Below, one piece after another: positions 48,664-57,990 of a stretch of 64,000 nt of DNA (position 1 is the stretch's first letter; the number at the start of each line of letters is the position of its first letter). The stretch comes from Parcubacteria group bacterium. Its GTDB lineage: Bacteria > Patescibacteriota > Minisyncoccia > Phycocordibacterales > Phycocordibacteraceae. The notes under the pieces were generated by a model. That model did not search any database. It had not been told where the DNA came from and worked only from the letters and a program-made list of their open reading frames with translations. The stretch spans positions 191,720 through 255,719 of the forward strand of contig JAQBRE010000002.1 in assembly GCA_028286605.1 (NCBI GenBank). The letters are read 5' to 3'. The translations under genes and the position numbers were made by a program.

Positions 48664-49458
48664 TTAGAAGAATGAGAATATCTTTTTGAAGAAACCGCCG
48701 ATGCCACCAAGAATGCCACTCATACCCGTATCACTGGTGTTCGTTGCTCCTTGTGTCTTCTGGCCCTGATCAATAACGGCAGTCGCCGTTACGTTCTGTC
48801 CGCTGACGGTTCCTTGTACAAGAACGCTGTCGCCGGAAAGAACCGCGCTAATGGTTGACGTTGCACTCTTCACCATGACCGTCGCATTCGTCGCGTCGAT
48901 CGTGTAGGGATTACCGCCACTGTTCGTGACCGTGAGCGTGGAACCGCTTACTGTAGAGACCGTCCCGCCGATAACCGGCTTGCCGTCTCCTTTGAATGCG
49001 CCCATACCAGCCATGCCTGCACCGCCCTTGCCCATCGTGCCGCCGGCTGGGATGCCGTCCATGATGGCTGTTGCTGTAACATTCGAGCCGCTGACCGTTC
49101 CTTGAACGGAAACGCGATCACCAACAGTAATCACGCCGATCGATGACGCTGCGCCTGTCTTCGTTACAGTCGCGCCGCTTGCGTCAACCGTGTAGGTTGT
49201 TGAGGTGCTTGCGGTTGCCGTTCCGCCTGTGGTGGAAGGCTTGCCGCGCATCATGCTCGTAACCGTAATGGTTGAGCCGCTGATGCTTGCGACCGTTCCG
49301 AAGACCCCGGGGCGCGTCATGTGCTGGCCGTTCTGGCCACTCCATGCGCCCGTTGCTGCGCTCGTGCTTGTGGTGGCAGCTAGCGCAGGAAGTGCGGCTA
49401 CCGAACCAGCTAGCATCGTCGCTGCGACGACGAAAGTTATATAAGATATTCGTTGCAT
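48664..49458 (-). CDS. Secreted Gly/Thr/Ser/Val-rich repeat protein
   Basis: Has a signal peptide and repeats of the type G.TVS.VSGST.TVT... and VSVQGTVSG.NVTATA. Confidence 0.5.
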   Translation of the reverse strand: MQRISYITFVVAATMLAGSVAALPALAATTSTSAATGAWSGQNGQHMTRPGVFGTVASISGSTITVTSMMRGKPSTTGGTATASTSTTYTVDASGATVTKTGAASSIGVITVGDRVSVQGTVSGSNVTATAIMDGIPAGGTMGKGGAGMAGMGAFKGDGKPVIGGTVSTVSGSTLTVTNSGGNPYTIDATNATVMVKSATSTISAVLSGDSVLVQGTVSGQNVTATAVIDQGQKTQGATNTSDTGMSGILGGIGGFFKKIFSFF

Positions 49459-49563
49459 AAGTAGGAATGTATGTGACTAACGAGGCACCGCCTCTGTACA
49501 GACTACGTGCGTACGGCGGGTACTGTTGCAAATCTTCATGAATATATAGTTGAATAGGATTTC

Positions 49564-49788
49564 ATGGCGTATCCTTATGGGGTGAAAGACACTGTCCGTA
49601 ACACGGTATATGAGCTGCGCACGAACCAGGCAATTACTCAGGAAGCGCTTGCTGAAGCGCTTAGCGTGAGCCGTCAGACGGTTATCGCTATCGAACGCGG
49701 CAACTATGCTCCGTCTATACTGCTTGCGCTAAAAATCAGTGCATTTTTCAAGCTGCCTGTAGAAAAAATATTCACCATCCATGACTAA
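49564..49788 (+). CDS. XRE-family HTH transcriptional regulator
   Basis: HTH reads TQEALAEALSVSRQTVIAIERGNYAPS. Confidence 0.8.
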   Translation: MAYPYGVKDTVRNTVYELRTNQAITQEALAEALSVSRQTVIAIERGNYAPSILLALKISAFFKLPVEKIFTIHD

Positions 49789-50143
49789 GACTTTCATATC
49801 ACTCCTGTGCGCGTTCGTCATTATCGCGTTAGTGTTGCTTCTTCTGAATCCTTTGCATATGTGGATGCCGGATATGGTTCACATGACCGTTGAAGTTTCA
49901 TTGCTGGCCGTGTTCGGGATCTTCGCCGCATTCGTACTGGGCGAACAGGGTGGCGATGAACGAGAACAGGCGCACCGCATGTTCTCAGGAAGAACTGCAT
50001 TCCTTTCCGGCGCGCTCATACTGGTTGCTGGCATTGCCTATGAAGGATATCGGGGTTCAGTTGATCCGTGGCTGGTGCTTGCTTTGGCAATAATGCTCGT
50101 GATGAAAATCCTCGCGCACAGCTACAGCGATTGGCGTCGATAG
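49781..50143 (+). CDS. Small membrane protein co-transcribed with the XRE regulator
   Basis: Overlaps the XRE stop and has three or four TM helices. Confidence 0.45.
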   Translation: MTKTFISLLCAFVIIALVLLLLNPLHMWMPDMVHMTVEVSLLAVFGIFAAFVLGEQGGDEREQAHRMFSGRTAFLSGALILVAGIAYEGYRGSVDPWLVLALAIMLVMKILAHSYSDWRR

Positions 50144-50207
50144 ATGGTGGGGATAAGTATGTAAAGTACACTTTACATTCGTTCATAACCCGCTACCATA
50201 CCTATAT

Positions 50208-51992
50208 ATGACACTCCTACTCATTTCCTTTATTGCTGGCCTGCTTACCGTTCTTGCGCCCTGCGTGCTGCCGTTGCTACCAGTGATAGTGGGGGAATCA
50301 GTAACCGGAAAGCCGAGCATGAAGCGTGCGATCGTCACGATCCTTTCGCTCGCCGTCTCGCTCTTCGCCTTCACGTTCATACTGAAAGTTTCTACCGCAT
50401 TCATAAACGTGCCGCCGCAGGTGTGGTCATACATATCAGGCGGATTGCTCATCGCGTTCGGTATCATTTCTCTCTTTCCGAATCTGTGGGACAATCTTCT
50501 GTTCGTGAACAAGATGAATCGCGATGCGAATAAGGCGATAGGGCAGGGATATCTGAAGAAAAGCATCTGGGGGGACATCATCGTAGGTGCGGCGCTCGGC
50601 CCGGTGTTCTCTAGCTGCAGTCCGACGTACTTTTTAATATTGGCGACCGTGCTTCCGGTGAGCCTTGCGCTCGGCGCCGTGTATCTGACGGTGTACATCG
50701 TTGGGCTTTGCTTGTCGCTTCTTGCTATCGCGCTGCTTGGCCAGAAGCTCGTTACGAAACTCGGCGTCGCATCTGATCCGAACGGCTGGTTCAAGCGCGG
50801 CATCGGCATCATCTTCCTTATAATAGGTATCGCTATCGTGTTCGGCATCGATAAGACCGTTGAAGCGGATCTGCTTGCACATGCCGGCGCTCTTGATGTG
50901 ACGCAGATAGAGCAGAAGCTTCTTATCGACCGTGCGGCGCAAAGCGATGCGAATGCAACCGGCACGCTCGGCATGGGAAGTACCACCGGCATCACCGCAA
51001 CCTCAACGGCTTCAGCGATAACGGAAGCGTTGAAAGCGGCGCGGTATAAGAAAGCGCCTGAGCTCGCTCATCCGGACGCATATCTCAACACGGGTGGCCT
51101 TCCTATAACGCTTGCGCAATATCGCGGGAAGGATGTCGTGCTCGTAGACTTCTGGACGTACAGCTGCATAAACTGTCAGCGCACGCTGCCGTATCTCACG
51201 ACATGGTATGGAAAGTATAAGGATCAGGGTCTCGTCATCATCGGCGTGCACACGCCGGAGTTCGCGTTCGAGCATTTGCAGTCGAATGTCGCAGACGCGC
51301 TCAAGCGCTTCGGCATCACGTATCCCGTCGTGCTCGATAACGAATACGCAACATGGAATGCCTTCGGGAATCAGTTCTGGCCGCGCGATTACCTGATAGA
51401 TATCGATGGCTACATCGTGTATGACCACTCAGGAGAAGGGGATTATGCGGCAACGGAAACGGCAATTCAGAAAGCGCTCGCGGAGCGAGCGCAGCGCCTG
51501 AAGACCGGTGCGATGATTCCAACCACAACCAGCAGCGTGGCAGCAGCGACTGCTACGGGTGTCGGCAGTCCAGAAACATACTTCGGTGCATCGCGTAATC
51601 AATATCTTGCGAACGGCGAACCTTCTAATCCAGACACTCAGACGCTTACACTTCCCGCAGACTTCCTTCCGAACGCGCTCTACCTGGGTGGCGTATGGGA
51701 CTTCGCTCTTGAATATGCGACTGCGCACGACGGCGACGATATCGTGTATCGCTATAGTTCGAAAGAAGTATATGTCGTGGCGAGCGCTAACAGTCCGGTA
51801 ACCGTTGATGTTATGCAGGACGGAAAGCCGATAGGCGCTGCCGCAGGCAGCGACGTATCTGCACAAGGGATCCTCACCATCGGCTCAAGCCGTCTGTATA
51901 AGATCGTTAGCAACCCTGCTCCGGGTGACCACGTTCTTGAACTGAAGGTGCACGGAAACGGTGCACAGTTCTATACCTTCACCTTCGGGTAG
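50208..51992 (+). CDS. Fusion thiol:disulfide oxidoreductase: CcdA/DsbD-type membrane domain plus TlpA/ResA-like thioredoxin domain plus C-terminal domain of unknown function
   Basis: The N-terminal polytopic domain has Cys in TM1 (LAPCVLP). The periplasmic part has WTYSCINCQ (CxxC) and a redoxin pattern. Confidence 0.75.
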   Translation: MTLLLISFIAGLLTVLAPCVLPLLPVIVGESVTGKPSMKRAIVTILSLAVSLFAFTFILKVSTAFINVPPQVWSYISGGLLIAFGIISLFPNLWDNLLFVNKMNRDANKAIGQGYLKKSIWGDIIVGAALGPVFSSCSPTYFLILATVLPVSLALGAVYLTVYIVGLCLSLLAIALLGQKLVTKLGVASDPNGWFKRGIGIIFLIIGIAIVFGIDKTVEADLLAHAGALDVTQIEQKLLIDRAAQSDANATGTLGMGSTTGITATSTASAITEALKAARYKKAPELAHPDAYLNTGGLPITLAQYRGKDVVLVDFWTYSCINCQRTLPYLTTWYGKYKDQGLVIIGVHTPEFAFEHLQSNVADALKRFGITYPVVLDNEYATWNAFGNQFWPRDYLIDIDGYIVYDHSGEGDYAATETAIQKALAERAQRLKTGAMIPTTTSSVAAATATGVGSPETYFGASRNQYLANGEPSNPDTQTLTLPADFLPNALYLGGVWDFALEYATAHDGDDIVYRYSSKEVYVVASANSPVTVDVMQDGKPIGAAAGSDVSAQGILTIGSSRLYKIVSNPAPGDHVLELKVHGNGAQFYTFTFG

Positions 51993-52017
51993 CGTGACCG
52001 TAGACTATACTGAATAG

Positions 52018-52560
52018 ATGATTTCCCAGAAAGGGTTCACTCTTATCGAGCTTCTCGTCGTTATCGCGATCATCGGCATACTTTCCAGCATCGTGCTTTC
52101 TTCGCTGAATACCGCTCGCACGAAAGGGACTGACGCAGCAGTGAAATCGAATCTCGATCAGGCGCGTACGCAGGCAGAGCTGTTCTATTCGACGAATGGA
52201 GATTCTTATAACAATGGCACGAATGATGTTTGTGCCGTGGGTGCGCTCGCGCTTCGTGATGCATGGATACCTCAAGAAGCTGGAAAATTACTTGCCTTCG
52301 TCGGGTTACCTCCCGGCACGGTGAAGGGAATCAACAGCTTCGTTCTTGCTGCTGCACAATCCGCGGGGCTAGCAACTGTTTCGTTAAATGCTGCAGGCGG
52401 GCCTGGTGTCGCGCTCTGTAATAGTTCAGCGACCGCGTGGGCAGCGGAAGTTCCCCTCAAGACCGCAGGTGCAGGATTCTTCTGTGTCGATAACACCGGT
52501 ATCGCGAGTACTTCGCCGACGACCAAGATCTCAACCGCTGCGGACCGTTCCTGCTTGTAA
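52018..52560 (+). CDS. Type IV major pilin paralog 4 (orphan, outside the main locus)
   Basis: Reads KGFTLIELLVVIAIIGILSSIVLSSLNTARTKGTDAAVKSNLDQARTQAELFY and has four C-terminal Cys. Confidence 0.8.
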   Translation: MISQKGFTLIELLVVIAIIGILSSIVLSSLNTARTKGTDAAVKSNLDQARTQAELFYSTNGDSYNNGTNDVCAVGALALRDAWIPQEAGKLLAFVGLPPGTVKGINSFVLAAAQSAGLATVSLNAAGGPGVALCNSSATAWAAEVPLKTAGAGFFCVDNTGIASTSPTTKISTAADRSCL

Positions 52561-53112
52561 GCGCTTCAGCACGATCTGGTATTCACGCCAGACGAAATAC
52601 ATCACGATGAGATCGAACACAGTTATGCCGATTACGATGATCGAGTCGCCGTTGAGTATCTGGTAAATCTGATACAGCACGAATCCACCCATTACTAGGA
52701 GCAGCGATGGATATGCCCAGAGCTTGTTCAGGAGGAGCGCACTGATAAGCACGGCCTTCACGATACCTCGTATGAAAAGATATCCTGCGACGAAAAGTAG
52801 GGTGTCTGGAGTATAGCTCCCAACCTGGTCGAGCAGCTCTGCTCCGATGGAACCGAGTGGAAGGTTTGTTATGAGCGCAGATGCCAGCTCGTAGATTTTC
52901 GCAGACGGGACAAAGAGAATCGCGATGCCGGAGAGAACTTCGATGATCGAGATAGCGCCCTTAAGAAGGATCGTGATGAGGAATCCTTCGTATATCATTT
53001 TTTCTTCTTGCATAGAGGACAGTATACTGTACGTAATGCTACTTCCGGAACGCGCTCGCAGCCCACGTCCGTTTTTCTGGTCTTTTGCAGCTATTATCGC
53101 GGTCGCAGGCAT
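52531..53112 (-). CDS. Membrane protein, DUF2127-like, paralog B
   Basis: Paralog of 40465..40968. Convergent with the orphan pilin and overlapping it. Confidence 0.5.
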   Translation of the reverse strand: MPATAIIAAKDQKNGRGLRARSGSSITYSILSSMQEEKMIYEGFLITILLKGAISIIEVLSGIAILFVPSAKIYELASALITNLPLGSIGAELLDQVGSYTPDTLLFVAGYLFIRGIVKAVLISALLLNKLWAYPSLLLVMGGFVLYQIYQILNGDSIIVIGITVFDLIVMYFVWREYQIVLKRLQAGTVRSG

Positions 53113-54382
53113 CGCAGGATCTATATATGTATACGTGCAGGTTGATCAGTCGGGCCGCCAGGACATAATCGATCGTGCAGCGACGCTTGCGCAAGTGATT
53201 CCCGCAAACGATGTGTTGGCACTTTCTGGTAGTTCGGCAGACCTCTCTTCGCCCACATATCAAGAATTAAAAACGCTTATGGAGCGCGAACGCGCGGTGA
53301 ATCACGACATACGTTTCATATATCTAGTGGGCAACGAACCGGACGGTACGCTCTTTTTCTACGGTGATTCTGAAGACCCTGCATCGCCGGATTATTCGCC
53401 GCCTGGCCAGGAGTATCCTGAAGCATCGCCTGCGATGCACACGTTCTTTGCGGATGGAGGGAAGAGCCTTGCGGAAGGACCCGATCGCGATCGCTGGGGA
53501 TTGTGGATTTCAGCATACGCGCCCGTTCGCGATGTGAATGGGAACCTTATCGCTATGCTCGGCATGGATGTGCCTGCAGGACCGTATCTTTTGGATCTTA
53601 TTACGTATGCATCACTGCCGCTTCTGCTTGCGCTCCTCCTCCTTGTTCTTTTGCTGGTAGACGGCATATGGCGTGCGCGCAAGGAAGCACTCCTTTCGCA
53701 GAAAGCGGAATTCCTTTCCATCGCCTCACATCAGATTCGTACGCCGCTCATCGGCATACGTTGGGCCATCGAGCAGGTGCTTTCTTCGAATGGCTCTACC
53801 TTGAGTGATCGGGATCGCAACACGCTTTCGCTTACGCATGAAAGCAGCCTCGGCCTTATCGGCCGCGTGAATAATTTGCTAGATGTCACGTCGCTGGAAC
53901 AGCAGGGCGCGCTTCGCGCGCCCAACCAATCTGTCCTAATGCAGCCGCTTCTTAAAGAAATCGCAGACAGTCTCGAGCTTTCCGCCAAGCGCAAGCAGGT
54001 TAGTATCGTTCTCGACGAAAGCATCCCTTCGGATCTTGAAGTGACGAGCGACCGTCAGACGCTCCAGCATATCTTCTTTAATCTTTTAGGTAACGCGGTG
54101 AAGTACACGCGTTCAGAAACGACCATCACCGTCGCGTACGGCTGGACTCCTGATGGCCATCAATTCACCATCACGGATCATGGCCTCGGCATTGCCGCCT
54201 CAGAACAGGAACTTATCTTTGCGGGCTATCATCGCACGCAGCAGGCTATGGAAAGCGGGGAAGCAGGCAGCGGTCTCGGCCTCTATCTTACGAAGAAACT
54301 CGTTCAGCTATTAAAAGGGACGATAGAAGTACACTCGGTCGTGGGCGAAGGCTCGATCTTCACCGTAACGATTCCGGACTAA
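53039..54382 (+). CDS. Sensor histidine kinase with periplasmic sensor domain (ORF opens at 52925; likely start near 53039)
   Basis: Has TM1, a periplasmic domain, TM2, HisKA with H in SIASHQIRTPL, and HATPase_c with G boxes GLGLYL. Confidence 0.8.
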   Translation, partial: LLPERARSPRPFFWSFAAIIAVAGIAGSIYVYVQVDQSGRQDIIDRAATLAQVIPANDVLALSGSSADLSSPTYQELKTLMERERAVNHDIRFIYLVGNEPDGTLFFYGDSEDPASPDYSPPGQEYPEASPAMHTFFADGGKSLAEGPDRDRWGLWISAYAPVRDVNGNLIAMLGMDVPAGPYLLDLITYASLPLLLALLLLVLLLVDGIWRARKEALLSQKAEFLSIASHQIRTPLIGIRWAIEQVLSSNGSTLSDRDRNTLSLTHESSLGLIGRVNNLLDVTSLEQQGALRAPNQSVLMQPLLKEIADSLELSAKRKQVSIVLDESIPSDLEVTSDRQTLQHIFFNLLGNAVKYTRSETTITVAYGWTPDGHQFTITDHGLGIAASEQELIFAGYHRTQQAMESGEAGSGLGLYLTKKLVQLLKGTIEVHSVVGEGSIFTVTIPD

Positions 54383-54750
54383 TCGGGCGGAAGATGTTCG
54401 CGAATGAGATTCACCACTGCAGTGATCTGCGGATCTGATTTTATGAGATAGGCGATAACGCCATCGTCTGCAGCGCGAGCAACATGCTCAAGCTCATTCG
54501 AATTACTGAGTATGACGAACGGCGTCTTAGCGAGCGGGGCCATGGTACGGATCTGCTCGAGCATCTCGAGGCCGCTCATCTTCGGCATCATCACATCCAG
54601 CACGACGGCATCCGGCTTCTCCTTGAAATAGAGCTCGACGCCTTCGGCACCATCCTGCGCAGTCACGACCTCGAAACCCGACATGGCGAACTGGTTGGCG
54701 AGTACGGTGCGGAGCAGCGAATCGTCTTCGGCGATGAGTACTTTCTTCAT
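54379..54750 (-). CDS. Single-domain response regulator (receiver), likely start MKKVLIAEDD
   Basis: Reads LIAEDD...DAVVLDVMMPKMSG...K. Convergent with the HK and overlapping it by 4 nt. Confidence 0.8.
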   Translation of the reverse strand: MKKVLIAEDDSLLRTVLANQFAMSGFEVVTAQDGAEGVELYFKEKPDAVVLDVMMPKMSGLEMLEQIRTMAPLAKTPFVILSNSNELEHVARAADDGVIAYLIKSDPQITAVVNLIREHLPPD

Positions 54751-54808
54751 TGGAAAAAGTATAACACCGGTTTTGAGCCCGTCAGTATCACTGATACGAT
54801 GAATATTC

Positions 54809-56596
54809 ATGCACGATCCTAAGAAAAAGACTCGAATAATGCCCGTTTTACGCCTTTATACGAAGGCGGCATTGAAATACCCATGGCTTCTGGTCCTGAT
54901 CGTGGTCGGGGGAGTAATCATCGAAGGAGCGAGCGTCGCGAGTTCGCTCGTCGTACGAAACATCATCAACCTGCTCTCGGAAAATAAGCCGAACGCGGCA
55001 GTGGTAACGATGCTTTTTATCACTCTTGGTTTCTTTGCCCTGACGGCCATAGGCGGGTGGGTCGGGCAGCGCTTGCGCCAGATCGGACTCACGTACATCG
55101 AACCGAAGGCGATGAACGATCTCACCTCTTCTGCGTTCGCGTATATGCTCGGGCACTCGCACGATTTTTTCATATCTAATTTCTCAGGCTCACTCACGCG
55201 TCGCGTGACGCGTTTCGGACGCAGTTTCGAGAACGTTCTTGATAATCTCTCCTTTAACTTCTTCTCGACAGCTGTCTATACGTCGAGTATCCTTGTTATT
55301 CTTTCACTGCGTAATCTTCTTCTCGGCATTATCGTATTTGCGTGGACCGTCCTATTCATCTATATACAAGTCGCAATGGCACGCTGGCGTCAGCCGTTAC
55401 GCGTCGCGCGTGCTGCCGAAGACAGTAACGTTACGGGAGTTCTTTCTGATGCTATTGGAAACTATTCTGCTATCAGCCTGTTTGCTGCTGATACGCACGA
55501 ACGCTCTATATTCGACGGTGCGCTGGAGAAGTGGCGCGTCGCAACACTGAAGTCATGGGTGGCTGATAACTGGATATGGGGCGTGCAAGGCATTTTCGTG
55601 ATGATCATGGAAATCGGCTTGCTTGCGGTGGGTATCCTGCTTTGGGAACGCGGCATCTTTTCAGTAGGTGATTTCGTTCTCATTCAGCTGTATCTTATCG
55701 GTCTTATCGATCGCATCTGGAATATCGGGAATGCGATGCGCCAGCTGTACGATGCATTCGCTGATGCGTATGAGATGGTGGAGATATTCGAGCAACCGCA
55801 TGCGGTTCAGGACGCACCGAATGCAACGGAACTTTCAATTACGGATGGTTCTATCGACCTCGATGACGTCGGATTCCATTTCATCGAAGGACGCGATGTC
55901 TTCAAGAATTTCACGCTCTCCATAAAAGGAGGAGAGAAGATCGCGTTTGTGGGTCCTTCAGGCGCAGGGAAGTCTACGGTTATTCGTTTGCTTCTACGTT
56001 TGTATGACGTAACGGCTGGGTCTGTATGCGTAGACGGAAAAGATATTCGTTCTATCACGCAGGGAAGTTTGCGTCGGGCTATTTCGTTCGTGCCACAGGA
56101 GCCGGTGCTGTTCCATCGCACGCTGCGCGAGAATATCGCGTATGCGAAGCCGGATGCTTCGCTCGAAGAAGTCATCGACGCAGCGAAGAAAGCACACTGC
56201 CATGAGTTCATCGATATGCTTCCTGAAAAGTATGAGACGCTCGTGGGCGAGCGCGGGGTTAAGCTGTCGGGCGGCGAGCGTCAGCGAGTCGCCATAGCGC
56301 GTGCCATCCTTAAGAATGCGCCGATACTTATTCTCGACGAAGCGACCTCAAGCTTGGACTCTGAATCAGAGGCGCTCATCCAGGATGCGCTGCGCATTCT
56401 CATGGAAGGGAAGACAGTCGTGGTTGTTGCGCATCGTCTTTCCACTATCATGCGCATGGATCGCATCATGGTTATCGAAGGCGGCACCATAGTCGCTCAG
56501 GGCACGCACGACGAGCTGCTTAATCACAAGGGTAGCCTGTATCACAAGCTCTGGAGCATCCAGGCAGGTGGGTTTATCGCAGATGTTGAGGAATAG
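54809..56596 (+). CDS. ABC transporter, fused permease/ATPase (MsbA-like exporter)
   Basis: Has six TM helices, Walker A GPSGAGKST, the signature LSGGERQRVAIARA, and Walker B ILILDEATS. Confidence 0.9.
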   Translation: MHDPKKKTRIMPVLRLYTKAALKYPWLLVLIVVGGVIIEGASVASSLVVRNIINLLSENKPNAAVVTMLFITLGFFALTAIGGWVGQRLRQIGLTYIEPKAMNDLTSSAFAYMLGHSHDFFISNFSGSLTRRVTRFGRSFENVLDNLSFNFFSTAVYTSSILVILSLRNLLLGIIVFAWTVLFIYIQVAMARWRQPLRVARAAEDSNVTGVLSDAIGNYSAISLFAADTHERSIFDGALEKWRVATLKSWVADNWIWGVQGIFVMIMEIGLLAVGILLWERGIFSVGDFVLIQLYLIGLIDRIWNIGNAMRQLYDAFADAYEMVEIFEQPHAVQDAPNATELSITDGSIDLDDVGFHFIEGRDVFKNFTLSIKGGEKIAFVGPSGAGKSTVIRLLLRLYDVTAGSVCVDGKDIRSITQGSLRRAISFVPQEPVLFHRTLRENIAYAKPDASLEEVIDAAKKAHCHEFIDMLPEKYETLVGERGVKLSGGERQRVAIARAILKNAPILILDEATSSLDSESEALIQDALRILMEGKTVVVVAHRLSTIMRMDRIMVIEGGTIVAQGTHDELLNHKGSLYHKLWSIQAGGFIADVEE

Positions 56597-56618
56597 GTTA
56601 TAGCAACATGAACATAGT

Positions 56619-56646
56619 CAATAAAGAATCCAAATATTCTTTATTG
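56619..56646. repeat. Perfect 11-bp inverted repeat (hairpin) just after the ABC transporter stop
   Basis: CAATAAAGAAT-ccaaat-ATTCTTTATTG, overlapping a TTGACA hexamer. Confidence 0.35.
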
Positions 56647-56663
56647 ACATAATCTTAATTTTT

Positions 56664-57278
56664 ATGGAGACTGAAAGCGGATTACTACAGGAGATGGTTA
56701 TGAATCCTATTAAAACAGTTCTGCTGCACGGAAAGCCTGGTGCTGGGAAAGGCACTCAAGCAAAATTACTGATTGATGGCTTAGGCTGGCGTTACTGCGG
56801 TACCGGCGATTTTTTTCGAGATCAAGCCAAACACGATAATGAGCTAGGCAGGCGGATACGAATTGCCTACGAGACTGGGACGTTCCTTCCGCAATGGTTA
56901 ATTACGCGCCTTTTTGTGAACGAGACTATGTGTCTTAATCTTTCACAAGGAATTGTTTTTGATGGCTTTGCCCGTACAAGTCTTCAGGCAAGCGAGATTC
57001 ATAGTATTTTATCCTGGTTCGAACGCCCATATCTTGTCATTAATCTTGAAGTGAGTGATTCGATAGCTCTTCAGCGTATTGCTCAGCGAAATTTGATAGA
57101 AGATAGAACAGACGGAGATTCACTAGAAAAATTACAGAAGCGTTTCTCAGTTCATCGAAACCTCAGTGAACCAGCACTTACAATTTTCGAGAATGCCAAT
57201 GGATTAAAACGCATTGATGGCGAGCGTCCAATTGAGGTAGTTCATCAAGACATACTCGATCTGCTTCAATCTTACTGA
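56664..57278 (+). CDS. Adenylate-kinase-family nucleoside monophosphate kinase (divergent, short LID)
   Basis: Has the P-loop GKPGAGKGTQA and NMP-binding GTGDFFRD. Confidence 0.7.
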   Translation: METESGLLQEMVMNPIKTVLLHGKPGAGKGTQAKLLIDGLGWRYCGTGDFFRDQAKHDNELGRRIRIAYETGTFLPQWLITRLFVNETMCLNLSQGIVFDGFARTSLQASEIHSILSWFERPYLVINLEVSDSIALQRIAQRNLIEDRTDGDSLEKLQKRFSVHRNLSEPALTIFENANGLKRIDGERPIEVVHQDILDLLQSY

Positions 57279-57279
57279 G

Positions 57280-57312
57280 CGCCCGCCCTAGTGTGGGCGC
57301 TTTTTGTTATTG
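57280..57312 (+). terminator. Putative rho-independent terminator
   Basis: Hairpin GCGCCC-gccctagtgt-GGGCGC followed by TTTTTG. Confidence 0.5.
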
Positions 57313-57372
57313 ACTTATATATCCGTTAAGTTAGCGTTTGTACGCGTACCATTTCTATGAAATAATTGTTGC

Positions 57373-57990
57373 ATGACCAGCATCTTAGGAAAGGGCTTTG
57401 TTTTACTCACCTCGACAGGTTTTTCCAATACAAAAGTTGCTGATACTTTAATATCAAATCTGACGAATATTCCGCAGAAACGTGCTGCCGTAGTGACAAC
57501 TGCAGCCGAAGACAAAGCTGAGAATCGTTATTCAATCTTAGCCAAAGAGCAACTTGAGGGAATGGGATTTGGCCAAGTTGATTTTCTGGATTTAGAAATA
57601 GACGGTTCAGAAGGTGTTCCGTCTTACGATCTCATCTATGTCTGTGGAGGTAATACCTTCAAGCTTCTCTTTTTCGCTAGATCTACAGATTTCAAAGAAA
57701 AAATACTTGAGGTACTTTCACGCGGAGGTTGTTATGTGGGGGTTAGTGCTGGCAGCCTTATTGCTGGACCTTCAATACAGATAGCGAATGAAGTAGCACC
57801 TGACAAAAACGATGTAAGTTTGAAAGATTTCACTGGTTTATCAATTGTTTCTTCTATAGTTTTTCCACATTATACGGTAGAGCATGAGTTAGAAATAATA
57901 TCCTTTGAATCAAGGAATTCAGTTAAGATTACTCGTCTGACGAATGATCAGGCACTCTTGATTATGCAAGATTCACAAATATTAATATGA
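57373..57990 (+). CDS. Peptidase S51 (PepE/cyanophycinase-like) family protein
   Basis: Has the Ser nucleophile context VGVSAGSLIAG and an S51-like layout. Confidence 0.65.
   Translation: MTSILGKGFVLLTSTGFSNTKVADTLISNLTNIPQKRAAVVTTAAEDKAENRYSILAKEQLEGMGFGQVDFLDLEIDGSEGVPSYDLIYVCGGNTFKLLFFARSTDFKEKILEVLSRGGCYVGVSAGSLIAGPSIQIANEVAPDKNDVSLKDFTGLSIVSSIVFPHYTVEHELEIISFESRNSVKITRLTNDQALLIMQDSQILI

Noticed and set aside
50183-50995. A 270-aa minus-strand ORF overlapping the start of the CcdA::TlpA gene.
   Set aside because: It is an antisense shadow. The plus-strand gene has CcdA-type TM helices and a CxxC thioredoxin domain.
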